Shown: one piece after another, positions 11,797-24,550 of the stretch
Layout of the letters: every line of letters begins with the position of its first letter
How positions within the stretch are numbered: position 1 is the stretch's first letter
Translations under genes and position numbers: made by a program
Assembly: GCF_018977255.1 (NCBI RefSeq)
Contig: NW_024704742.1
Span: forward strand, 8,310,001 to 8,374,000
DNA: 64,000 nucleotides
Direction: 5' to 3'
DNA from: Callorhinchus milii
Lineage: Eukaryota
Notes under the pieces: model-generated
What the model saw: only the letters and a program-made list of their open reading frames with translations
What the model was told of the DNA's origin: nothing
Database searches by the model: none

Positions 11797-12120
11797 GGAG
11801 TCCTGTAGCTCTGGTTAGAGCACTCGCTTTGCAAGTGAGAGACCTGAGTTCAATTCCAGGCAGAGGGCGAAACCTTGGGCAAGTTTCCTTACTCCACACA
11901 GAGCCTAATAATAATCCTCCAAAAAAAAACAATAATAAATTGGTCATTTTCAATCTACGACTGTTTGTGGGACATTGCTGTGCGCAATTGGCTGCCGCGT
12001 TCGCCCACAAATATACAGTCAATTCACTTTACAGTGTGTTCTGTGAAGCGCTTTGGGACGTCCTCCCGACGTGAAAAGCGCTATATCAAATGCAAGGATC
12101 ATTATTATTGTTATTATTAT
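11797..12120 (+). mobile_element. Full-length SINE, short (young) subfamily
   Basis: tggagtcctgtagctc...ctttgcaag (tRNA-Ala-like head); nearly identical to copies at 20121, 22508, 35034 and 45230. Confidence 0.9.
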
Positions 12121-12559
12121 GGTCGACCGATGTTCTCCCACACTATCACACACTCTAAACTCCATACCCCTATTACAGCAGACCTCGCCAGGCTCCACTG
12201 GCTCCATATCACTGAATAGATCAATGTTAAGATTCTTTCACTTGTTTACAAATCCTTGGCACACCCCGACCTCTCTTGACTTGCTTTCTCCTCACTCCAC
12301 TACCCACTGCCTCCGCTCGGCTGACTATGGTCTCCTATTTGTCCCTCATCCCCTCTCCACCATTGGCAGCTGCACTTTCAACCACTTTATTCCCAAACTC
12401 TGGAACTTCCGCCAGCAATCCCTCTGCCTTGCCCCCTCCCTTCCCTTTTTCAGATCACGCCTGAAGACCTTCCTCTTTGACCATTCCTGCAGTTGCCTCC
12501 CCGTGAAGGGCGCTGTGTAAATGCAAGCTCTTGTTGGACAGGTTCCTGATCAACGCAGA

Positions 12560-12945
12560 TTCCTGTTGCTCAGTGGTTAGTGCAATTGCCTCGCAAGCGA
12601 GAGGATGCGGGCTCGATTCCCGGCAGGGGGAAAAGTTTGGGGAAGTTTCCTTACTCCAGACCCTCTCTGCGTATCCAGTAGTAAGTAGGAACCCGGTTCC
12701 TGGTCGATTACTGAAGCGCTTTTCCGGGGGTAATAATCCCTTAACATTTTTTAAAAATACAATAATGTATAATAATATACTTCAATCCACGACTGTTTGT
12801 GGGACGCTGCTGTGCGCAATTGGCTGCCATATTTCGGCCCCAAAATATACAGTCAATTCACTTAACAGTATATTCTGTGAAGCCCTTTGAGATGTTTGAA
12901 GACGTCATAATGTGCTGTATCAGATGGAAGGATTATTATTATTGA
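12560..12945 (+). mobile_element. SINE, long subfamily
   Basis: Same architecture as 3752-4118. Confidence 0.8.
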
Positions 12946-13034
12946 ACAGTTTTTTTTTGCCGATTCAGTTTGTTTTATTCGAAGCACCTGATCGACAACA
13001 CAGCTACAAAAATATCACCCAGCACCCAACTCCA

Positions 13035-13371
13035 CAGGCAGACACAACCCCACCCCCAGACACACAGCCCACCCCCCGCACACACACACACACACCACAC
13101 ACACACACACACAGAGCTTCCCCCCCCCCACACACACAGCCCCACACACACACACACACACCCACACACACACACACACCCACACACAGCCCCCCGCACA
13201 CACAGCCCCCCCCCACACACACAGCCCCACACACACACACACACCCACACACACACACACACACCCACACACAGCCCCCCCCCGCACACACACACACACA
13301 CAGCCCCCACACACACAGCCACCCCCCCCCACACACACACACAACCCACCCCAGACACACAGCCCACCCCC

Positions 13372-13403
<32 letters not shown>

Positions 13404-14836
13404 CACACACAGCCCACCCCCACACACACACACACAACCCCACCCCCAGACACACAGCCCCCCCCGCACACACACACACCCACACACACACACAGCCCCC
13501 CCACACACACACACACACACACACACGCAGAGCTCCCCCCCACACACACAGAGCTTCCCCGCCCCCCACACACACACACAGCCCCCCCCACACACAGCCC
13601 CCCCCCACACACACAGCCCCCCCACACACACAGCCCCCCCCACACACACACCCAGCATCCCCCCCCCACACACACACAGCCCCCCCCCCCACACACACAC
13701 ACAGCCCCCCCCACACACACACAGCCCCCCCACACACACACAGCCCCCCCCCACACACACACACAGCCCCCCCCCACACACACACACAGCCCCCCCCCCC
13801 CCCCCCACACACACACAGCCCCCCCCCCACACAGCCCCCCCCACACACAGCTGCCCTGTGAAATTGGGTTCAAGTGTTTGTCAGAAACCACACCGAGGAT
13901 ATGTTATTATTATCATTAACGTGTTTCATTAGCAATTATAAAACATCGGGTTGTGTGTGTGTTCGGGGCAGTGTGTGTGTGAGACTATCTCAGGGCTGTG
14001 TGTGTGTCTCGGGGCTGTGTGTGTGTGTGTGTGATTGTCTCGAGGCTGTGTGTGTGTGTGTGACTATCTCGGGGCTGTGGTTGTGTGACTGTCTCGGGGC
14101 TGTATGTGTGTGTGTGTATGTGACTGTCTTGGGGCTGTGGTTGAGTGCGTGGGACTGTCTCGGGGCTGTGGTTGAGTGCGTGTGACTGTCTCGGGGCTGT
14201 GGTTGAGTGCGTGTGACTGTCTCGGGGCTGTGTGTGTGTGTGACTGTCTTGGGGCTGTGTGTGTGTGTGTGTGACTGTCTTGGGGCTGTGGTTGAGTGCG
14301 TGTGACTGTCTCGGGGCTGTGTGTGTGTGTGTGTGTGACTGTCTCGGGGCTGTGTGTGTGTGTGTGACTGTCTCGGGGCTGTGGTTGAGTGCGTGTGACT
14401 GTCTTGGGGCTGTGTGTGTGACTGTCTCGGGGCTGTGTGTGTGTGTGTGACTGTCTCGGGGCTGTGTGTGTGTGTGTGTGTGACTGTCTCGGGGCTGTGT
14501 GTGTGTGTGTGTGTGTGTGTGTGACTGTCTCGGGGCTGTGTGTGTGTGTGTGTGTGTGACTGTCTCGGGGCTGTGGTTGAGTGCGCGTGACTGTCTCGGG
14601 GCTGTGTGTGTGTGTGTGTGTGACTGTCTCGGGGCTGTGTGTGTGTGTGTGTGACTGTCTCGGGGCTGTGTGTGTGTGTGTGACTGTCTCGGGGCTGTGG
14701 TTGAGTGCGTGTGACTGTCTCGGGGCTGTGTGTGTGTGTGTGTGTGTGACTGTCTCGGGGCTGTGTGTGTGTGTGTGTGTGTGTGTGACTGTCTCGGGGC
14801 TGTGTGTGTGTGTGTGTGTGTGTGACTGTCTCGGGG

Positions 14837-14870
<34 letters not shown>

Positions 14871-14968
14871 CTGTCTCGGGGCTGTGTGTGTGTGTGTGTG
14901 TGTGTGACTGTCTCGGGGCTGTGTGTGTGTGTGTGTGTGTGTGACTGTCTCGGGGCTGTGGTTGAGTG
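13035..14968. repeat. CA/C-rich and (GTGACTGTCTCGGGGCT(GT)n) minisatellites just 3' of the RDH stop
   Basis: Visible tandem arrays at 13035-13850 and 13950-14968. Confidence 0.92.
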
Positions 14969-14973
14969 ATGTC

Positions 14974-15162
14974 TCACTTGTCCCGGCTGTTGGCTGTCAG
15001 TCTCTCACTGATGTCCCAGAGTTTGCCGGCGATGCTGGCGTCCTGTGCGGTGGGGGAGGGCAGCCGCAGGGAGCAGTCACTGTCGATGTATTTGCCGCTG
15101 ACGTTCTCCAGCTCCTTGGACACAGCACAGTAGATGGTGCTGACAGCTCCCTCCTGTGGGGA
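14974..15162 (-). CDS. Retinol dehydrogenase (RDH11/12/DHRS13-like SDR) exon 6
   Basis: SPQEGAVSTIYCAVSKELENVSGKYIDSDC...AGKLWDISERLTANSRDK*; AG acceptor at 15164-15163; phase 0. Confidence 0.9.
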   Translation of the reverse strand, partial: SPQEGAVSTIYCAVSKELENVSGKYIDSDCSLRLPSPTAQDASIAGKLWDISERLTANSRDK

Positions 15163-15329
15163 CTGCACACACACAGCCATTATGTATTGAGAGACGGACA
15201 TCAGTCCATCGATCTGCTCTGTCACTGCCGTTCTGCAGTGCTGCTTCTCTTGGTCTTTCTCTCCCAAGCGCCCCCCCCCTCCACGCCGTCCATTCTTAAT
15301 CTCTTCAAGCGCTCTGAGACACCCTCCAG

Positions 15330-16970
15330 CGTGGACGGCGCTTTATAAACCCAAGTTGTTGTTGTTAATCTCGGCATGCGCCACCGACCCGAGCTGCTTC
15401 TCCCAAAAAATGCTCCCACCCCCTGTCCCCCAACCCTCCACTGCTCACGCTCAATCCTTCCCTCTCACCGCCCTCCCCGCCCACTGTCCCTGCTCGACCA
15501 TCCCACAGCCGCTCTGGGCTGCAAGTCCTCCATCGGGCCCAGCGTGTTCCACCTCTAGTGCGAAGCTCATCAGGCCCTGACCCCAGGACCAACCTCTCCT
15601 CCCTTATCCGCATCTCCACTCTCCCCGTCAGTCCTACTCCTCCCCCCTCCCCTCGCCTATTCCTCCACCAATAACTGTCCACTCCACATCGACTTGCAAA
15701 ATGACCGCTCTCTCACCAGCAAAACCCTCACCATCCAAGACCTCATTGTCGAGGAAAACATCGACATCCTCGCCCTCACCAAAACCCTCCAAATCGTCCT
15801 TGTCTGTTGTCCCCCTAAATCCTCTCCACTTTCCTCTCTGACATCTCCACCCTCCTATCTTCCCTCTCCCTCCACTCTGAACGCTCCCTCATCCTAGGCG
15901 AGTTCAACCTTCACTTCTACTGCTGCGGACTTCTTCTCTCCTCTCCTCTCACAATCTCTCCCTCCACATCCACTTTGCCACCCACATTCCTGGCCACCTG
16001 CTTGACCTGGTGATCACTCGGGGCATCAATATCTCAGATCTCACCATCACCGAAAATGCCATTTTGGACCATTACTTCATCTCTTTTAACTCGTCAATCC
16101 CTCTCCCCGCCGCCATCCAACCTATTCCATCTCCTACTGCCCCTGGAAAAAATCTCCCCTGTCCCTCTTGGCTGCCTTGGAATTATTTGAACTCCTCCCA
16201 CTCTGGGCTTCCTCCCGCAATGACCTAACCTCCTCGGTCACTCTTCTCCAGAGCTCCCTCTCCACCACTCTCGATTTCCTCGCTCCCCTCTCTTCCCGAA
16301 CCGTGTCCTACTCATGAAAGTCACTCTGGTACACCAGCCACTTCCCCTCCCTTAAGGCTCAGGTGGGTGCCGCTGAACGCACCTGGCTCAAATCCAACAA
16401 CAGCCCATCAGCAGATCTGGCTGGACCATATCAAATCCTACCACTCCACCCTCGCCTCCGCTAAATTGTCATTCTACTCCAAGATAATCTTGGAGGCCAA
16501 GGACAACCCCAGGCTCCTCTTCTCCTTCACCAACCGGCTACTCCACCCACCCTCTCACACCTCACCCATCCTCGCCTCCAATGCCAACTGCGAGGAGATA
16601 CTGACTTCCTCAAAACCAAAATCTGCACTTCCAACCACCTTCCCGCTTTGGCCTCTACCTATCCCTCCCTCCACACCTTCAAACCTATCTCCCCCTCCTC
16701 TCTCACCACTACTATAACCCACATGAAACTGATACCTGCTCCCTCAATCCCATTCCCACCCCTCTTCTTACCATTCCTACCCCAGCCAGCTCCACCTCCT
16801 TGCACCCTACTCACACACATCATAAACCTGTCCACTGCCACTGTTCCCATCCCTTTAAAAATGGCCACATCACTCCTATCTTTAAAAAAAACCCTCCCTG
16901 GTCCCTTCCCTGCTCTCAAACTAACGCATCACCAACCTCCTTTCCTCTCCAAGGTCCTGGAACTGACTGA
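15330..16970 (+). mobile_element. L2 LINE fragment (endonuclease and linker)
   Basis: QDLIVEENIDILALT, HLLDLVITRG, LDHYFISF, KIILEAKDNPRLLFS, PFLSKVLE. Confidence 0.85.
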
Positions 16971-17499
16971 ATCACACCCTGACTGATTCACACACACACA
17001 CACACACACACCGCCTCTCACACACACACACGCCGCCTCTCACACACACACACACCGCCTCTCACACACACACACCGCCTCTCACACACACACACCGCCT
17101 CTCACACACACACACACCGCCTCTCACACACACACACACCGCCTCTCACACACACACACACCGCCTCTCACACACACACACACCGCCTCTCACACACAGA
17201 CACCACCCCCATACACCCCCCCACACACACACCGCCTCTCACACACAGACACCCGCCTCTCACACACACACACACCGCCTTGCTCACATACACACACACC
17301 ACCTCTCTCACACACACAGCCTCACATATTCACTAACTCTTACACACACATAGCCACACACACACACAAACACTGACTGACTCACCCACACTGCCTTACA
17401 CTCACTCACACACACACACACACCACACACACACACAGAGTGAGGGGCTGGTGGCAGAGGCGAGGCCTGGAGTGGAGATTATCCGATTACTGAACTGAC

Positions 17500-17609
17500 C
17501 TTGAAGCAGAAGAAGCCGATAATATTGAAGCAGGAACGGATCAGGACATTGTAGTTTCTCATCACTTCTGTCAACACCACGCCCGGGTTTACAGCATTCA
17601 CCGTCACCG
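17500..17609 (-). CDS. RDH-like SDR exon 5
   Basis: (A)VTVNAVNPGVVLTEVMRNYNVLIRSCFNIIGFFCFK; 110 nt; AG/GT boundaries. Confidence 0.9.
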
Positions 17610-18002
17610 CTGCCACCAGAGCACAGGGAGAGCTGTGTCAGCCTACAGTACAAGTGCACAATACACTGACCAGGCTAACGGCAACCTACCACAATACAAC
17701 CGGGTGGAGTGGAGGTGGACAGAACAGGTGGAGAGCTATGAAGGTGGACAGGTGGACAGGTGGAGATGGTTTAAGCAATCCCAGAATTCTGGGATATTTT
17801 ACGTGAGCCAAAGAAAACCGCAAAGCCTCATGGACTTGTGTGGGGCACAGGTGGGTGGTGGTGACTATATGACACAGGTACTTGGCTGCCAAGGGTAATA
17901 GAAAACAAGTGGAAGAATATTTACAAAACAAAGGTTTTCTGCATCATATTAAAAGATAAGGTTGTTGTTTGTCACCAGCTGCTGTTTGTAACTCATCCGC
18001 CG

Positions 18003-18208
18003 TGCCCACCCGTTACCCCCTGCCCACCCGATCCCCCCTGCCCACCCGTTCCCCCCTGCCCACCCGTTCCCCCCTGCCCACCCGTTCCCCCCTGCCCACC
18101 CGTTCCCCCCTGCCCACCCGTTCCCCCCTGCCCACCCGTTCCCCCCTGCCCACCCGTTCCCCCCTGCCCACCCGTTCCCCCCTGCCCACCCGTTCCCCCC
18201 TGCCCACC
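18003..18208. repeat. 18-mer minisatellite (TGCCCACCCGTTCCCCCC)n
   Basis: About 11 near-perfect copies. Confidence 0.95.
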
Positions 18209-18229
18209 TACACCTACATGTTGTGCATG

Positions 18230-18770
18230 ACCTGAGAGATTCAGGGGAAAAATGGGAAGAGCAGAGTTTGGGAAGGGAGTAGCTAACCATAACCAATCTC
18301 GAGGAAAGAGGGATATACTACAATCAACATTGATTGACCTCAGCGCGTTAACAAGTCGATTCCGCCATCAAAGCCACTGTATTGATCTGATCAATTCATT
18401 GTTGTGAACTTTACCAATCTGTCATAGCATTAATTTGATTAGATGAAATGTATAACCTGTATATGTATAACCTTGCTATTCTTTATTATACATTTACTAA
18501 CTGAAGGAAACTGAGAGCTTGTGTCAGTTCATACTTCACCAATAGGTCAACAATTTGAAACCCCCCACAAATTGGTGCCCGAACAGGGACTTTAAGTGTT
18601 GAAGTTGAACAGGTACAAAATTTTGAACATTGAAATGTGTGAGAATAATTTTAAAGTGATTTGAATTTTGTCGAATTTGTAAGATTAAAAGTGAGAGGGT
18701 TTAGAACAATTGAAGGATTAAAATATATGAGAAGTATTATCATTAAGTATAGAAGATTTCCTTTACAAAT
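18230..18770 (+). mobile_element. LTR retroelement 5' fragment: LTR end, tRNA-Lys PBS and leader
   Basis: ...CCCCCCACA (LTR end at 18569), AAT, then TGGTGCCCGAACAGGGAC at 18573-18590, a 17/18 match to the tRNA-Lys(UUU) PBS. The left boundary is approximate. Confidence 0.65.
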
Positions 18771-19150
18771 CACTGGTTAGGCCTCAGCTGGAGTATTGTG
18801 TCCAATTCTGGGTACCACACTTTAGGAAGGATGTCAGGGCCTTGGAGAGGGTGCAGAGGAGATTTACAAGAATGATACCAGCGATGAGGGATGTGGAGGG
18901 TCTAAAGAACCTGGGATTATTCTCCTTAGAGCAGAGAAGGTTAAGGGGAGATTTAATAAAGGAGTTCAAAATTATGAAGGGTTTTGTTAAAATAAACAGG
19001 GAAGAAACTGTTTCTCTGGTGGGTGGGTTGATAACCAGAGGACACAGATTTAAGATAACTGGCAAAAGAACCAGAGGGGAGATAAGGAGAAATCTTTTTA
19101 CCCAGAGAGTAGTTACGGTCTGGAATGCACTGCCTGAAAGGGTGGTATCT
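18770..19150 (+). mobile_element. CR1 LINE 3' RT fragment
   Basis: LERVQRRFTRMIP...LGLFSLEQRRLRGDLI...FTQRVVTVWNALPERVV. Confidence 0.88.
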
Positions 19151-19159
19151 GCAGTAATA

Positions 19160-19545
19160 AAATAAACAATTTTGTATGTTTTTCACTGGCACTCGATGAG
19201 AGTTGTGATGTCAAAGGCACAGCCCGGTTGATAATTTTTATTCGAGGTATCAGCAAATATTTTTAGCTCACAGAAGAATTGGTATCAATGCAGTTAATGA
19301 AAGATACAACAACTGGAGAAGACTTTTTGGAGGCAGTAAATAAGTGTATCTTAAAATTAGGAGTGGAGTGGAAAAAATTGGTGAATGTGACCACCGATGG
19401 AAGTCCAAAACTGTTGGGTTACTGAAAAGAATTCAAGATCAAGTCAGAGAAACAAATCCAGAACAGAATATTATTTTTCTACACTGCATTATCCATCAAG
19501 ATAAAAGTAAGAGTGTTCTAAAACTAAGCAATGTCGTTGGACACA
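19160..19545 (+). mobile_element. hAT (SPIN/Charlie/Buster-like) transposase relic
   Basis: FSLALDESCDV...LIIFIRG...LTEELVSM..MKDTTTGEDF...WKKLVNVTTDGSP...FLHCIIHQ, with a stop and a frameshift. Confidence 0.85.
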
Positions 19546-19968
19546 GATTTATTAACCCATATTTTTCTAATTGAAAATTTATTTTGTCCCGGATTATAGT
19601 CTCTAGAAGTAACCCCAATACTGATGTTGGGCTGACTGGCCTGTTGTTCCCGGGTTTATCCTTCTGCCCCTTTTTGTACAGAGGAGTAACATTTGCAACC
19701 ATACAGTCCTCTGGCACCACCCTGTTGTCCAAGGAGGATTGAAAGATTGTAGCAGAGCCTCCGCTATTTCCACCCTTACTTCCCTCAGTAATTAGGATAC
19801 ATCCCGTCCGGACCGGGTGATTTGTCTACCTTGAGCACTGTCAAGCTTTTGAGTATCTCCTCTCTGTTTATTTTTAACCTATCCAATTTCTCTACCCTCT
19901 TCTCCAATACTGTGGCATTGGCTGCATCCTATTCTTTTGTGAAGACAGATGCAAAGTACTCATTCAGT

Positions 19969-20605
19969 ATGGAGTCCTATAGGTCAATGGTTAGAGCACT
20001 TGCCTTGCAAGTGAGACACCTGGGTTCAATTCCAGGCAGGGCGAAACCTTGGACAAGTTTCCTTACTCCACGCTCCTGATAATAATCCCTCCAAAACAAA
20101 ACAATAATTGGTCATTTTCAATAATAATACCAATAGTAATCCTTGCATTTGATATAGCGCTTTTCACGTCGGGAGGACGTCCCAAAGCGCTTCACAGAAC
20201 ACACTGTAAAGTAAATTGACTGTATATTTGTGGGCGAACGCGGCAGCCAATTGCGCACAGCAATGTCCCACAAACAGTCGTAGATTGAAAATGACCAATT
20301 TATTATTGTTTTTGGTTTTGGAGGGATTATTATTAGGCTCTGTGTGGAGTAAGGAAACTTGCCCAAGGTTTCGCCTCTGCCTGGAATTGAACTCAGGTCT
20401 CTCACTTGCAAAGCGAGTGCTCTAACCACTGAGCTACAGGACTCCACATCCACGACTGTTTGTGGGACACTGCTGTGCGCAATTGGCTTCTGCGTTTCAC
20501 CCACAAGTATACAATCAATTCACTTTACAGTATATTCTGTGAAGCGCTTTGTGACGTCGAGAAGACGTGAAAAGCGCTATATCAAATGCAAGGATTATTA
20601 TTGTT
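19969..20605. mobile_element. SINE (+) split by an antisense young SINE (20121-20446)
   Basis: The host SINE breaks after ...tggtcattttca and resumes at atccacgactgtttgtggg; the insert is a full minus-strand copy. Confidence 0.88.
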
Positions 20606-22374
20606 ATGTCAGCCATGCCCTCTGCCTCCACAAGAAGATTTCCTCTTTGGTCCCTAATTGGACCCACCCTACTTTTGACTAACCTTTTATTCTTTGTATG
20701 CTTATAAAATACCTTAGGGTTCCCTTTTATGTTACCCACTAATCTTTTCTCATATAGTCTCTTTGCCCCTCTTATTTCCCTTTTCAATTCTCCTCTATAT
20801 TCTTTTTGATTATCTTCTGTATTTTGGACCTTACATTTATCATAAGACTCCTTTTTTCTACCTTATTTTAATCCCAATTTCCTTATTCATCCATGGATGT
20901 TTGGATGCCCTATATTTCCCCTTTGTAGGAATGTATTTGTTCTGTTCCCAAACTATCTTTGCCTCGAAGACTTCCCTTTGCTTGTTAGCTGTTTTACCTG
21001 CCAATCTTTCTTTCCAGTCCGCCTTGGCTACATCCCTTTTTAACTCACTGAAATTAGCCCTCTTCCAGTTGAGTATCTTCACCTTTGATTGTTCCTTGCC
21101 CATTTCCATAAGTACTCTAAGTGTAATGATGTTGTGATTGCTGTTGTCCAGATGCTCTCCTACTGAAACCTGCTCCACTTGCCCCACTTCATTCCGCAGA
21201 ACTAAATCCAACACTGCTTCCTTCCTCGTTGGGCTGGGAACACATTGATCCAGAAAGTTATCCTGCACACATTTCAGGAATCCTTCCCCCTCCTTGCCCT
21301 TTCACTGTTATTTTGTTAGGATAATTGAAGTCCCCCATTATGACTACTCTATTGGTTTTGTACCTTTCTGAAATCTGCTTGCAGATTTGCTCCTCTATCT
21401 CCTTCCCACTGTTTGGTGGTCTATAGTATACGCCTAACAGAGTAACAGCTCCTTTTCTGCTTCTTAACTCTAACCAAATAGATTCTGTTTTTGGACCCTC
21501 TAGCACATCATCCCTTCCCAGGGCCGTAACCGTGACTTTAATCAATATTGCCACCCCCCCTCCTTTTTTTCCTTCCCTATTCCTCCTGAATACACTGTAG
21601 CCAGGAATATTCAGCTCCCATTCCTGCCCTTGCTTGAGCCAGGTCTTATTATTGCAACTGATCAAAGCCCCATGTGGCAACTTGAGCCTGCAGCTCACTA
21701 ACCTTATTTGTCACACTCTGCATTTATGCACATGCACTGCAAGACCAACTTAGTCTGTTCTGCATTTCTCCCCAATCTAATCCCTCCGTTTTCTGGATTA
21801 CTCCTTATTGCATTGCTATTCTTCACTCCCATTCCTCTATGTAACTTTTTTTCTCCTCTCTGATGCTACATCCTGATTTGCATCCCCTCTTGAAATTAGT
21901 TTAAACCCTTCCCCACAGCACTAGTTAACCTCCTTGCGAGGACATTGATTCCAGCCCTGTTCAGGTGTAACCCATCCACCTTGTACAGGTCCCACCTGTC
22001 CTAGAACTGGTCCAAATCATCCAGGAACCTAAAGCTCTGCATTCTGCACCATTTTTCCAGCCATGGGTTCATGTGTTTGATCCTACTGTTTTGATATTCA
22101 CTTGCATGAGGCACTGAGAGTAATCCAAAGATCACCACCTTTGAGGTCCTACTCTTTAGCTTTCTCCCTAGCTTCTGATACTCTCCCTGTAGGATCTCAG
22201 TCCTATTTTTCCCTACATCATGGATCCCAACATGTACCACGACTTCTGGATGTTCCCTTCCTCTTGTAGAATGTTTTGCAACTGTTCTGTGACGTCTTCA
22301 ACCCTGGCACCAGGGAGGCAATATTCCATGCAATAGTCATGTCTTTGGTTGCAGAAATGCCTGTTTACTCCTTT

Positions 22375-24550
22375 CAACAACAACAACAACAAAATTACAC
22401 TTGTATAGCGCCTTTCACATTGGGAGGACGTCCCAAGGTGCTGGACAAACAGAGTTACGGACCCAAGCTGGGGGTCGGAGTGGGAGAGGGTGGAGGGTGG
22501 GGGGGGAATAATAATAATAATCCTTGCATTTGATATAGCGCTTTTCACGTCGGGAGGACGTCCCAAAGCGCTTCACAGAACACACTGTAAAGTGAATTAA
22601 CTGTATATTTGTGGGCGAATGCGGCAGCCAATTGCGCACAGCAATGTCCCACAAACAGTTGTAGATTGAAAATGACCAATTTATTATTGTTTTTGGTTTT
22701 GGAGGGATTATTATTAGGCTCTGTGTGGAGTAAGGAAACTTGCCCAAGGTTTCGCCCTCTGCCTGGAATTGAACTCAGGTCTCTCACTTGCAAAGCGAGT
22801 GCTCTAACCACTGAGCTACAGGACTCCACAGGGAAGCAGGGAGATCAAAAGCATGATGCTGTCCTGCGGTGAGAGGCACTGATGAAAGCCAATCAGGAGC
22901 CTCGGTCTTGTTGACATTCAACTGAAGAAAGTTAGATCTCATCCAGGACTTGATGTCTGACAGACATTCTGTCAGCACAGCAGTGGTCCTGGAGTCAAGG
23001 ATGGAGGCAGAAGTTGACCCCATGCCTGCAGATGATGCCACCAAGAGGGAGCATACAGAACATACAGAAGAGGAAGGCACCAAGGACAGAGCCCTGAGGA
23101 ACACCACACGAGACGGTCCTGGGGCGAGAGGAGAAGCCGGTTGAGAAGATGAAGTGCAGGAGGTGTGAGAGGTACAATTTGAACAATTTGAACAGCGTGT
23201 TGAGCTTGAGTTGAGAGGAGAGGCAGTGGATGAGGATAGAGTGGTCGACGATGGACAGAATGTAATTTTTCACTTTGACCAGGGCTGTTTCTATGTTGTG
23301 GGCGGCACAGAAGCTCGATTGGAGGGATTCGAGAAGGTAGTGGTGGGAGAGGGAGGAGCAAAGCTGAGAAGCAACAACTCGTTCCAGGACTTTGGAGAGG
23401 AAGGGGAGGTTGGAGATGGGGCGATAGTTAGGCAGTACAGAATGGTCCAGGGAGGGTCTTTCTAAGGATAGGAATGATGACAACAGTTTTTAATGGGGTG
23501 GGAACAGTACCAGAGGACAGGGAGAGGTTGACAATGCCAGTGAGTAGAGGGGCAAGGGGGTGGAGCTGGAAGGTAGGGAGTGGGGTAGGAATGGGGTCCA
23601 GGGAGCAGGTGGTGGGTTTCATACGGATTATGGTGGTGATGAGAGAGGAGGGGGAGACGGGTTCAAAGGTGTGGAGGGAGGGATGGTAGGGGCAGGGGTG
23701 GGAGGAGGAGATGGGGAGGGGATAGCAGATGCAGTGGCAGAGGCAGCTGAGCGGATTCCCTTTGGATGTGAGGAAGTCCAGCATCGCCTCGCAGTTGGCA
23801 CTTGAGGTGAGGATGGGTGAGGCGTGAGAGGGTGGACAGAGGAGCTGGTTCATGATGGAGAAGAGGAGCCTGGGGTTGTCCTTAGTCTCCAAGATTGTCT
23901 TGGAGTGGAATGACGATTTAGCGGAGGTGAGGGCGGAGCGGTAGGATTTGACATGGTCCAGCCAAATCTACCGATGGACAGTTAGGTTTGATTTAAGTCG
24001 GCTGCACTCAGCGGAACGTACCTGGGCTTTAAGGGAGCAGACGTGGCTGGTTCACCAAAATGATTTGCGTGAGTAGGAGACGGTTCAGGAAGAGAGGGGA
24101 ACGAGGGAATTGAGAATATAGCAGAGGGAGCTGTGGAGAAGAGTGACTGACGAAGATAGGTCATTGTGGGAGGACGACCAGAAGGGAAGGAGTTCAGGTG
24201 ACTCCAAGGCAGCTGAGAGGGAGGCGGGAGAGATTTTTTCCAGGGGCGGTGTGAGATGGAGGTGGGTTGGGTGGCGGTAGGTAGAGGAATTGAGTTAAGG
24301 GAGATGAAGTGGTGGTTCGCGATCGCTTTGTCCCATGATGGTGAGATCCGAGACGGTGAGGCCCCAAGTGATCACCAGGTCGAGGGGGTGACCACGAACG
24401 TGAGTGGCAGAGTGGATGTGGAGGGAGAGATTGAGGGAAGAGATAAGGGAGGAAAAGTCAGCAGAGGTAGAGCAGGAGGGGGTGAAGTGAAGGTTAAAAT
24501 CGCCAAGGATGAGGAGGCGTTTAGAGCAAAGGGAGAGGGAAGATAGGAGG
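22375..24550 (-). mobile_element. L2 LINE inserted in CR1 ORF1, itself carrying a SINE at 22508-22828
   Basis: [50 protein letters not shown]; (GTT)n tail at 22375-22390. Confidence 0.88.

Noticed and set aside
11797..11870. tRNA-Ala(TGC)-like gene
   Set aside because: It is the SINE head: no paired acceptor stem, and it runs straight into the SINE body in many copies.
12912..14977. His/Thr/Pro- and Cys/Val/Gly-rich ORFs (also at 29-33 kb and 57-61 kb)
   Set aside because: Artefacts of (CA)n-based minisatellites that lack stop codons.
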